From assembly GCA_001949185.1 (NCBI GenBank), contig BDGG01000002.1, positions 5,260,448 to 5,324,447 on the forward strand: a stretch of 64,000 nucleotides of DNA, read 5' to 3'. The DNA comes from Ramazzottius varieornatus. Taxonomy: Eukaryota > Animalia > Tardigrada. The notes under the pieces are model-generated. The model was given only the letters and a program-made list of their open reading frames with translations, searched no databases and was not told the DNA's origin. Each line of letters starts with the position of its first letter. Position 1 is the first letter of the stretch. The position numbers and the translations under genes were made by a program. This document shows, in pieces, positions 41,051 through 51,089 of the stretch.

Positions 41051-43883
41051 ATGGAGAAGACATCGACGTGCAGTGCCCCTTCACACGGAGGCATCCCTCC
41101 GCCGATCATGACCATCAACCCTGCTCCCAGCACATCAAACAGAAACATGAAGAAGGAGCTGAACGACCACACAGAAATGCGTCTCGAAGATTTCATGAAG
41201 AAATTCAGCATAGGTACGTCTCTAGAGAACCTCCGATTGATGATCACCCAGATCAAGTCGCGCATAATCTCGACCCACACGAAGTTGCGGAAAGAGGTCG
41301 GTAGCTGGTCATAGCTTCGCACTTTCAGTGTCGAATCAGTTCTTTCTCCCGACTGCTTTTGCTGATTACTGGTGCTTGTGTCGCAGGTGACGATGTATGG
41401 GTCATCAGTAAGGGACAGTGGCACGAAGCTAAGATCATTCTGATCGAAACGTACAAGTATCCCGGAGATGAGACGACATCCGTGCCCATCTACAGAATCC
41501 ATTACCCGGGTTGGGGAAAACGGTAAGCAGGCTCCGACATCCATCGGATGCGGCAGAAGGAAGATGTCTGATGCTTTCTCCTCTTCAGGTATGACGAGTG
41601 GATGTACAGCGATTCGCTGATGCTGCAGAACACAGAGAATAACGCCAAGGCCTCGGCCGAAAACGGCGCCTTGATGGAGGCCAGGTATAAACTCTGGGGA
41701 AAAAATTCACGTTTGTTTTCTCCGGATAGACTTATGCATTACGTTGCGTGATGTTTAATTTTGCAGTGGAATCAACGGCCCAGGCAGACAAGACCAGTTC
41801 TTTGCAGATGACGGCGAAAAAAGCCAGTGTGTTTCAAAGCTCCAATCATGTGCCTATCAACGGAGTATCTCCCGCCAGAGGCCGAGGAAAAGGTGAAAGC
41901 AGAGGAGGCGCGACTGCCAAACCTAGGGGTAACTTCAAAAAATTTTACCTCTAGTGCCGAAGCAGTCGAAGTAATGCGCGAGTTCAACCGAACATTTCGG
42001 TAGTGTACCGTGACTCTCGAATGTCTGGAAAATTATTTATGCTGCATGTTCATCCCATTGAATTTTCCATTGAATTTCGCTCACACGATATTTATTTTCA
42101 ATATTTTTCCAGGTACGACGAGCAGTAAACAAGCGAGAATTGATGCAGGACTGTCTGCGGGAGATAATATTGCAACTGCGGGCTGTCAGTCGCCGGAGCC
42201 TCCCAGCATGGCTTCAGCGCTCGAAAGCGAGCCGACCACCTTGACCGACAACGGAAAAGCGCACAGCTTAGAGCCAGCCAGTTCATTTGAGAAGTCGATT
42301 AACCGACTGGAAAACCCATCCAGTATCAAGAAACCGAAAGAGCGAAGAACACTGGTGCGAGGAAAAAGGTGCCAGCCGGTGAGAGCTATTTATTACGGTT
42401 CGAAAACCGCAGTGATGACGGAGAATCCAGCACAGGCTATTACGTATTTGCTTGTTTTTCAATTAGCCATGACCGAAATGCTACCTGTGGGCACCATCGT
42501 TACAGCCGTTCCTGCTGGAAGTCTTGCCGGAACTCCAGGTCAGCAGTTCATGGTCCAAAGCAAGGTGGAGAACGGTAAGATCGTCTCCTTCCTGGTGCCC
42601 GTCCAACAAGTTACCGAGGTGGAAGAAACTGTTCCCGAAGGTTCGTACCGTAGTTTCAAGTAACGGCTGGATTGTAGTTGTTTCTCTGTAACGGGTGTTG
42701 GCATTGCATGAACGGTCTGTACAGGCCGGCGAAGTGGTTACTGTACGAGCCGGCGAAGTGGTTGCTGTACAGGCCGGCGAAGTGGTCACTGTACGGGCCG
42801 TCCGAGTTGTCTGCATACAAGCCAGCGGATTAACGCAGATCCGCGAGATTCTACTGTTATCTGAGATAACTATGTTTGAATGACAAAGTTACGTGATCTG
42901 TTCTATAGGTACAGTGACTATGGATATGCTTGAGCGAGAACACTCACCAACCGAAAAACCACGGAAGATGCCACGGAAGGAGAAGGATGTTCTTACTAAA
43001 ATTCGCCGACAATGGTAAGAGGCTTTTAAGAGACATACGGTTTTGGTTCTTTGCAGATGAGATATCATGAATGTCATGACTTGTATTTTGTTTAGGGTTA
43101 TGGACAACTTCCGGAAGGGAACTTCTGTGACCTGTCAAACAGTGGGATTGGTACATTTTTCGCCAGGTACTGTTTTCAGTATTGCAGATGCATTTCGCAG
43201 TGGAAACTGAGCTGTCCAGTGAGATACGTGGAAGCGTTTTGTGTTGGCTACCTATTGAGGATTGTCGGTTAAATATTTGTAGGTGGTCGGCGAAAAAGAA
43301 ACAGGATCACGGTTCGGGCGTGCTGAAGTCCCTCGGTCTCCTCTTCAAAGAAGTGCATCAGTGTCCTCCTTCCAAATCGAGCGGAAAGAAAAACGCAAGG
43401 GGAGTGGTCGACCGAGACAATTTGAGGAAATGTGTCGACCTTTCTCCTGCTGGTGAAAAAGAATTCCTGAAGTTGTGCGGTCGAGAAGCATTAAACCATC
43501 TACGTAAGCCTCGAACGATGTCGTTCGCACGACGCAAAGTGGCGGACAATGTAGTGGACGAAGACACCGATGTTAAGGCATACTTGAACTCTGAGCTCAG
43601 ATCCGTAACGATCAGAATATAACGATGAGACTGAACGGAAAGTTATCTTTCAGATGAGGCTGAAAAAACAACCAAGCAACCGGAAAAGTCTGCCGATACC
43701 AAGAAGCCTGAAGGAGCCAAGAAGGCTGGTGGGACCAAGAAGAAGTCCTCGGAGGATAAGTCCAAGTCGAGGTCTCTCGCCAAGAAAACCGCCACAACCA
43801 CCGAAGAAACCATCGAGGTACTGAAACAGAAGTTAGCCAAGAGAAACGGGAGTCTTCCGTCGATCGTGCGGTCCGTTACTTAA
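41051..43883 (+). pseudogene. MULE accessory gene: chromo-barrel (Tudor-knot) domain + RFX-like winged helix + Lys-rich tail; one 1-nt frameshift
   Basis: Spliced exons read FSIGDDVWVISKGQWHEAKII...YRIHYPGWGKRYDEWMYSDSLM (MRG15/Tip60/ARID4-type chromo barrel). Later RQWVMDNF...FARWSAKKK...SLGLLFKEVH...GKKN...NLR resembles the RFX DBD. Exon 43096-43166 is 71 nt where 72 is needed. The 3' end is uncertain. Confidence 0.75.
42717..42831 (+). repeat. 24-bp tandem array (CTGTACAGGCCGGCGAAGTGGTTA) in accessory-gene intron 42641-42908
   Basis: Units at 42717, 42741, 42765 and 42789, plus a degenerate fifth. Confidence 0.9.
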
Positions 43884-44179
43884 TGAGTCTCTGAAGAGTT
43901 CACTTTGTTACTTATGCTTTCGGTTTGAAGCCCAGGTTTTGGAAATATCGGTGATTTGGCCGAGTGCATCCGAACTGCTTTCCTACACTTCATCGAGACA
44001 TTCTTTGTGCGCTTTGGTTTCTGGTTCCTCATCTGGTTCTTGGTTTCTCGTGCGTCCGTGGAATGTCTGGACGAATTAGCTTCCCTGTGTGAATAGTGAT
44101 CACCATTCTCGATCGCGATGCTCTTGTCAAAGTTTCGATGTCTCCACGAAATTGGAAGTATGGCACTTTTCGGTGTCCT

Positions 44180-45295
44180 TATAAGCTGGACAAAGCCATG
44201 GTCGCTTACTACCTCGGAAACAGGAAGATCGTCGAAGTCCTACCAGCTTTCAACAAGTCAGCTTTCGCTAAATGTTCGACTTCCGGTAGAGCTGTCTGTT
44301 TCATACAGATCGTCTGCACTTTCAGGTCGTTCAACTTTGCTGGTAAACGGATCGACGAAGCTCTCCGAGAGCACCTCGAAGCCTTCCGCCTACACGGCGA
44401 ATCTCCCCTCATCGCTCACTTCATGGAGCATTTCGCTGCCAACTGGCACACCACCAATCGCATGCCCTTCCGGCACCAAGATTGCGCCTTGCGTTTAGCT
44501 GTCCGCTTCTTGCGTCGTGACGACACAGAGATCCAGCAAGACATCATGCGGTCGCTGAGGCTCCTTCTCGGTCTCCAGCCTCACTTCTTCTACCGCATGT
44601 CTCGTCAAATAGCCAATGCGCTTTACCAGCTCTTTCAGGCCAATGGATCCTCCAGTATCAAGTCAAAGGATGACTGGAAGCTTTTGTGTACTCTGCTGGA
44701 ATGCGCAGGTGCGGGAGTACGCCTGCCGAAGGTAACGCTCAGAGAAGCCATGCCGAAGTCGGAAAGTCAACCTGTCAACGCCGTCCAACCTGACAACGAG
44801 GTAAAAACGTTTCACCAATCTTTTTCGTTCATCTCAACAACTCGGTGTTCCTTTTCCTCTTTACTTAACTTGTAATAATTACTAGATGTAATATTAGTGG
44901 TCTTTCAAGCACATGCATACACGAAACTGAGCATGCGCTATTGTGAGAACGTATGCAGTTCTATGCGTTGACTTTTCTATTATTGATTTTTGTCTAGTTT
45001 CCAGGTTGATAGAGGTATACATCGGACAGCGAGCTCCACGAAATCCATGGTAGTCCCACGGGTAGCAATACCTGGTCGATGGTCGGTAGGGAAGGTGAAG
45101 TGGTGGAGACGGCAGGGAACCCGGAAGGAAACTTGTTGTCCATACCGGTGGATATCATCCATCACGATACGGACGCTTTCTGTTTGGCCATTGACTCGGT
45201 ACACTTTCTCACCCGAGAGACCGGCCAAGTTACGGTGGACAACGCTTTTGCATTGTCTGTGCGTCTTTGTGGAAGCCAGCATGAACAGTTTAGTC
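44180..45295 (+). pseudogene. GBF1: Captured fragment of the Arf-GEF GBF1 (partial Sec7 fused to HDS region), with introns and frameshifts
   Basis: LDKAMV...RIDEALREHLEAFRLHGESPLI (Sec7) joined directly to LRLAVRFLRR...DDWKLLCTLLECAGAG, then frameshifted DRG(Y)TSDSE, HDTDAF...FLTRE and VFVEASMN. Confidence 0.88.
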
Positions 45296-46064
45296 GGTGT
45301 TTAGTCGGCTTTCACAGTCTTTTTTTCTACTCCTGTGTAAAGTACGATTACTCTAATGACAGGGTATCTGAAAATCTTCCGGAGGAATCCCAAAAGAAGA
45401 AAAGTAGCTTAGATGTACCCTTGCGGAGGAATTCAATACGAAAGAGCTGACAGATTCACAAGAACATTGCAGACGGCAGACAATCTCAAAATCGCTGGTG
45501 CACACAGCTCTGCCGGCTCACATTTGCAACTTCGCCGGGTTGTACGGTACCAAAACCAAAAACAGAAAGCTTGACACCAAATTACCTTCAGGTTGAACAA
45601 CGTTCAAACTGTACGGGCATTGTGTTGTAGAGCAACATAGTACCGTTATCGCCAGAGCTGCTTGAAGTAAGTTAAATAGAATTAAATTACGTATCCTGAA
45701 CGGAAACTTTGAATTACATTTCGCTAGCATCCGTCAAACTTCCTAGGCTTTTGCTCACCACAACATCCTTCGAGGAGTCAAACTTTGGATGTCGAGTCTT
45801 TACACAGCGATTGTTCATGCGATAGAGACGCATTCGAGGTAACGCAATAACACCGTCGCCACCATTCTCGAAATCTTGCTCTGTGTGAGTGACGAGTATG
45901 TCGAAATTCGCAGGTCTTTCGGCAAACAAAGTTCGGCACCCGGGGCATTGGTAACCCATACGAGGATTTGGATATTTCTTGACGACAAACTTATGGGTAC
46001 CGCCATGGTTTGCCTAAACGAAACAAGTATGTTATCCCAGACATGGTAGTCTAAATTCATGCAT

Positions 46065-46135
46065 GGTCACTACGCCGGCGTGTACATCAGTAGGGACAAC
46101 TACGCCAGCGTCTCCTTTGCTAACACTGACGGCAT
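46065..46135 (-). repeat. GCCGGC-motif array (probable transposase intron)
   Basis: Cores at 46074, 46104 and 46128. Confidence 0.6.
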
Positions 46136-46777
46136 CTATGGAGGTTTACCAATTTTGCAACCCTCGCCCTTGTAACAATATCCTTCTTCGTCGAAGTTCA
46201 TTTCGACAGGTTCCTTGTCTTCACGGGTTGTGTAACCGGATCCGCTCAGATTCTTCATCTTTCGCCCAACCTTGTGACCACCAACACTTCGCACGAGCCA
46301 GCTGCCGAAGGGACGCAAATTCTTCTCTAATTTCAGCCATTCCACCATCTGCGCCAAGTTTCCGGACGCCGCGGTCACGGCAATGATATGTTTGCAAGCT
46401 GGGTCTTTATTCTGAGTGAACTGCAAACAACCGCATTTACCTTCCCCGGAAGTAGTGCGGATCTCGACGAAGTACCAGCAGGGCTTCTTCTTGTCTGTAG
46501 ACCGAACTTTCCGAACGACCGAGGAGTTCCATTTTCGTTTATACTGGGTCGTTTCTTCCGCGGAAAGCTTAACCATCCAGCCTTCGTCAGCAGGGCCGTC
46601 CATAAGCTCCACGGCCTTGTCCCAGCTGGCGCGAAACATGTCGGGAAGTCGGTGGTGGCAAAGTCCGTCAGCACATTGGGCGGTCTTGTTCCATCTCCCG
46701 ACAATTCGACCTACAAACATAATGTCACAGTTACAGACTAGCACTATGTACCTGTTCTACTATTAGACGAACCAACA

Positions 46778-46905
46778 AGACTTCACCGGCACAAAGCGCG
46801 GCAGCTCTGCTCGCGTAGGCTTTGGCAACTCCGACGGCGGACAATGCAGCATCTTCGCCAACAAAACGTAACACCACCGGCCTACTTGCAACAACTCCGC
46901 TGGTA
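46778..46905 (-). repeat. 24-bp-period GCCGGC-motif array (probable transposase intron)
   Basis: Cores at 46785, 46809, 46833, 46857, 46876 and 46899. Confidence 0.7.
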
Positions 46906-47919
46906 CTTACTTTTCGACTCGATGCAACGACAACCACGGTGTTCACGTTGCACTTGGGAAACAACCGTTGCACTTTGGACATTATGTGGCTATTGTCGTG
47001 TGCTTTTTCTCGCGACAGGAGAAGGTCTTCTCTGTACTGCTCGGCTATTCTGTATCGGCCTTGATCTTTCAGGGCCTGGAACATGAACACAGTTTCATCG
47101 GCGTACATCTTGAGCAACCTCTCAACCACTTCCCGGGGATCGTTGTGCGTGCCAAAAAAGGCTTTGAGCGTTTTGTTCATGGCCTCGGACAGATTAGTAT
47201 TAGGAAGGTCGCGCGAGAAACCCATCTTTTCACATGCCGGTAGGATTAGTTTCTCGACAAAGTTCTTCTGATGGTGTTTCTCAAACTAGTGCTGGAATTT
47301 GTCATCGCCCAAAGAGCTCTTCATCTCTTTCCACTTCTGGAGATACTGCTCTTCCGAAACTGAATCTACCAGCCCTAGAACATGCTTCCTCACACCAGCT
47401 ACGTTGCGGTGGTACCCCAGTACACAGTTCAGCACGAACGACACATGCGAAGAGGGTACGGGCTTTCCGAGGAAGTATCTCTTGATACCATCTCGGATGA
47501 GTAGAACGCAGAGCGTATGGTTGTGTCGAGGGAAAGCTTCGCGGAATGCGTCGTACAGTGCTCGCTCGCCATCGGTGATGAAATCGAAGCGGAAGTCTTT
47601 TGACATCACATCGACACCTGCATTCACGAGACATTCTCGGAGGTAATTAGCGAACACCGACAACGAAGCTTTCGTCTTCCTCTGAGTTAGGCATGTTGGT
47701 CCGATCAGCAGAGCAGGCTTTCCTGCCTTCTCGTTCACAAGATAAGGATGTTTGATGACTATGACCACCAGATACATGTTGCACAGCTGGAAAGTCAAAC
47801 CGATCTGCAAGCGAAGCTTCACTGCAAACAGAAAACCAAAGGATTAATACCCCATTCAGATGCGCATCACTACAAGACGAAAATCAGCTCAGTCTACAGT
47901 GCCTGTTGATAAGGCGACC

Positions 47920-48080
47920 GACAATGTTACCGGCTCGTACTTCAAGAATTCCGTCATATGTACACTGACAACTCTACCGGCCTATGAACGAACTAATCCA
48001 GTGGCATGTAGATTACCAAAACTGCCGGTGTTTACAGCGGAAACATCGCTGGCGTGTACTTTGTCAACATCGCCGGAATA
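47920..48080 (-). repeat. 24-bp-period GCCGGC-motif array in transposase intron 47822-48109
   Basis: Cores at 47929, 47953, 47976, 48000, 48024, 48048 and 48072. Confidence 0.8.
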
Positions 48081-48944
48081 GGCAATTGCTTTGACCTTAA
48101 TCGACTTACACTTTAGCTTTTGGTCGCCGTTCGTCGCTATCAGTCCAACGTGGTACGGATCTACCACGACGAAATTCTCAGACTTCGATCCATCCTCGTT
48201 CTGGTACTGACGAAGAATGACCCCTTCCTTCCTTCGCAGGTAGCTTTCCACGTCTTCTCCGTATGTGTTCTTGTTGACCGTGTTTCTGATGGTCATGACC
48301 TGTCGCATATCTTTCGTTCCATAATATGGGTTCACCTCGCGGTCGATTTCGGGTATAGTTGACGCAACTTCGAGCACGATGTCTCTAGGGCTCATGGGCT
48401 TGCCGCGTGCAACAGGTGACGCTAGCTTCTTGATCGCGCTTGTGATAGCGCGGTTGGTGTAGGTTTTCCCAGGCGGGAATGGTGCGATCTTGCTTTCGTC
48501 GGCCCATACATACTGGATCACGAAGAAATTCTCGACTGGCTTGCTGCAGCTCTCTGACGACACAGTTGCAAGAAGACGCCGCTTGAAGCCATTGGGCTTC
48601 CCATTAGGTCAACTGTACCAGTCCTTCTTCATGAATAAGAACGGCGTCTGGTCGTCATCAGGCTTGCTACCACTACCAAGCCGTTCATTTGATTCTCACC
48701 ATCTGCCGTTCCCGTCGTCCAGAATTAGTCCGTAGATCCGTTCTCTTTGCTCGGGCCGGAAGGAAACGGCAAACCACGCTTGGCCTTGGAAGCGCTGAGG
48801 TATTCGGTGATATCTGTACGCATCAAGGACTTCTGGATTACACAGCCAGGCGAGAACTGACGCATCGCTTTCCACCGTTTGGAAACAACGACAAAGATTA
48901 TTTCTGCAGAAAGCAATATGATGTGAGTTGGATTTCACTACGTT

Positions 48945-49036
48945 GACAACTCCGTCGGCGTGCACACCAGCATCCTCATCGGCTTATACAACGGCATCTT
49001 CACCGGTTTATACAGTAAAAACTCTGCCGGCATGTA
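48945..49036 (-). repeat. 24-bp-period GCCGGC-motif array in transposase intron 48904-49060
   Basis: Cores at 48954, 48978, 49002 and 49026. Confidence 0.8.
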
Positions 49037-49539
49037 TTGAAAAGAAGCAGCTTGACTCACATCTCATAACATGGTCCCAGAGCGCTGTCCGCCACGGGAG
49101 CTCCTAAGGCAAGATTTCCACGTTCAGAAAATGTAACCACTGGCTGAGATTATCGTTTTGGCTCATGGTCTGATACAGAGAACGACGTCTCCCTGCAACA
49201 GGTAAGTGGTCTCGTTATCGCTGGAGTCACTTGTGCGCTGCTCATAATCCCGACTACTTACGGGGTAATGCACATGTGCACTGGCTCATTAGCGCTGCTC
49301 TGCGTGGAGGCGCCGGTGATAGCTGATGCGTCGTCGTCGTCGTCGTCACTTTCCAACATATATACAACCGACCTATCAGCATTCTTCACCGAAGAGTCTT
49401 TGAAGTTTGCAAAGTTCCTGAAATAACCAATCGATATATTGCTTGCAATGAATATTGCATTTGTGGACTACATAGTGCAAATAAACCACAGAAACACCGT
49501 ACATATCGTCATCTCAATCGGCGAGTACGGCATGTACAC

Positions 49540-49720
49540 GGATTTCGCCGGCGTGAGGAGTAACGTCTACGCCGGCGTGTGGTCTGCCGTCTTCACCGGC
49601 GCTCAATGACAACTGAGACGATATGATACGGACTTCGCCGGCTTGTGCAGTGGCATCTCCGCCGGCGTGTAAAGTGATAACTTCGACGGCTTATGCGAAG
49701 ACAACTTCGCCGGCGTGAAC
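49540..49720 (-). repeat. 24-bp-period GCCGGC-motif array in transposase intron 49418-49781
   Basis: Cores at 49547, 49571, 49595, 49637, 49661, 49685 and 49709 (CTTCGCCGGCGTG on + strand). Confidence 0.88.
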
Positions 49721-50635
49721 ATTTGCAGGTCCAGTAGTTTATAAGTGTTTTTGAGATACGTTGGAAAGTTTGAAAACGTACCTTCCAACTCCAGAAGAGG
49801 TGCTCGGAATATTAGGATCGTCGTCGAGGATGACAGAATTCATAATCAGTTCGTCCGACTCGTCTTGGTTGTCCCATTCCGCGTCGAAAGCGCTTGTAGA
49901 ACGATCGGGGAGTATATCTTGACTGATGTCCTCAGTTTTCAGGCGTTTGACACCCCCACTGCAGCCACTGCTGTTGGGCGAACCAGATGGGAAGATACCA
50001 TCGAACACTATCTCGTTGTCGTTATCCTCATCTGAAATATGCGATGAGTGTTCCATGGCGAGGTGGCAGCGAAAGTCAAAACAGATCCAGGAAGAAAGCG
50101 AGGAGAAAGGCGGAAACAAGTGAAAAATAATTTTTCTTGCGTTGCAAACCCAAGCAACTGGCTTGGCCGTGGCCGCTATTTCGGCTGCGGCGTTTCGGTA
50201 TGCTGAGCGTATATCGTTGTGAGGGGTACGAGTTACGGTGCGGTGTTACGATTATTTTTCGAAATTAAAGTGCAGTACGGTACGAGTTTAGTAGTTGTCT
50301 GGATACGCTGAAGGTTATACTGAAGGCAAAATTCGCAAACCCCCGAAGACATTTTGACGGTAAAGTGCTGCGAAGGCAAAGCATAGCAAGCCCAGAACTC
50401 TATCCTACAGTGCCACTGTTTTTCAATCGTTTGCAAAGCTGCGAACAAGAGGAAACTATAAACTGTAATTTTTTGACGTTTCGCATGCTTCCGAGTTGCG
50501 CAGTTTGCACACGGAAGTCCTGTCACATCCCAGTGACCGTCCGGCCAAGTAAGCCCTTTTGCTATTAGGGCTATGTTATTGGAGTTTATGTTCAGCTTAT
50601 GTTCGATTGCTCTTAGATGGACTGAAGGTGGATAG

Positions 50636-50872
50636 ATGGCAACTTCATCGGAGTATTTGTGGAACAGTCCCACGGGCATAAAGTCCGACCTTCCGAACGA
50701 AGTTGTTCCTGTGAGACTGGCCCATGTTTTTGACGAAAGTCCACCAGCACTGAAACCGCTAATGCCGAAACTGTTGCCGCTGCGATCTGTCACACTTGTA
50801 AAACTGGAGAAAATGCAACAAGACATCGAGGAAGCCATGAAAGCCCACAAACTGGCAAGCCCGAACCAGTGA
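50636..50872 (+). CDS. BBIP1: BBSome-interacting protein 1 (BBIP10)
   Basis: EVVP...MPKLLPLRSVTLVKLEKMQQ matches BBIP1 EVLP...[20 protein letters not shown]; 78 aa; probable 5'UTR intron 50549-50616. Confidence 0.88.
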   Translation: MATSSEYLWNSPTGIKSDLPNEVVPVRLAHVFDESPPALKPLMPKLLPLRSVTLVKLEKMQQDIEEAMKAHKLASPNQ

Positions 50873-51089
50873 TTGTGTTTTACTCAAGTACTGGTGAAAA
50901 CGGTTTGCAATTGGTTTTTCAATTTCCAAAAACCAATGTCCAGATTCTTCCCTTTTGACAGAAAAGAAGATCGGAATAGTGGAAAATGGTAGACAGGACA
51001 AAATTCATGATCAAAAGCACCAGGAACTCTCTGTTGACCGGAATTGTTACACCGAGCATGGTTCAGATCAAACCGAGAACTACGCAGGC

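Larger units (their letters stand above)
45714..50056 (-). pseudogene. MULE transposase (DDE + SWIM + C-terminal CxxC finger), inactivated
   Basis: LQIGLTFQL...KHPYL...LLIGP...QRK, FITDGERALYDAFREAFP, TNLSEAMN, SWIM CGC...CKH, CPGC...RCV..RHPKF; in-frame stops at 48696, 48609 and 47286; introns 49418-49781, 48904-49060 and 47822-48109. Confidence 0.9.
40648..50392. mobile_element. Full-length, decayed Mutator-like DNA transposon (MULE), 9745 bp
   Basis: 72-bp TIRs at 40648-40719 and 50321-50392 (GGCTTGCTATGCTTTGCCTTCGCAGCACTTTACCGTC...; 5 mismatches); 9-bp TSD CAGTACTCT (40639-40647) / CAGAACTCT (50393-50401); contains a MULE transposase. Confidence 0.93.

Noticed and set aside
42481-42883. 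ORFs with 8-aa repeats (TTSPARTV / AGEVVTVR)
   Set aside because: They are translations of the 24-bp DNA array, which lies within an in-phase GT-AG intron (42641-42908).
44096-44875. 259-aa ORF as a functional Sec7 Arf-GEF
   Set aside because: No credible start, reads through an intron, Sec7 is truncated before its last helices, and downstream exons are frameshifted; treated as a captured pseudogene fragment.
49540-49720. CRISPR-like appearance (conserved core with variable spacers)
   Set aside because: Eukaryotic context, no cas genes, the period is only 24 bp with a ~10-13-bp core, and spacers are related to each other.
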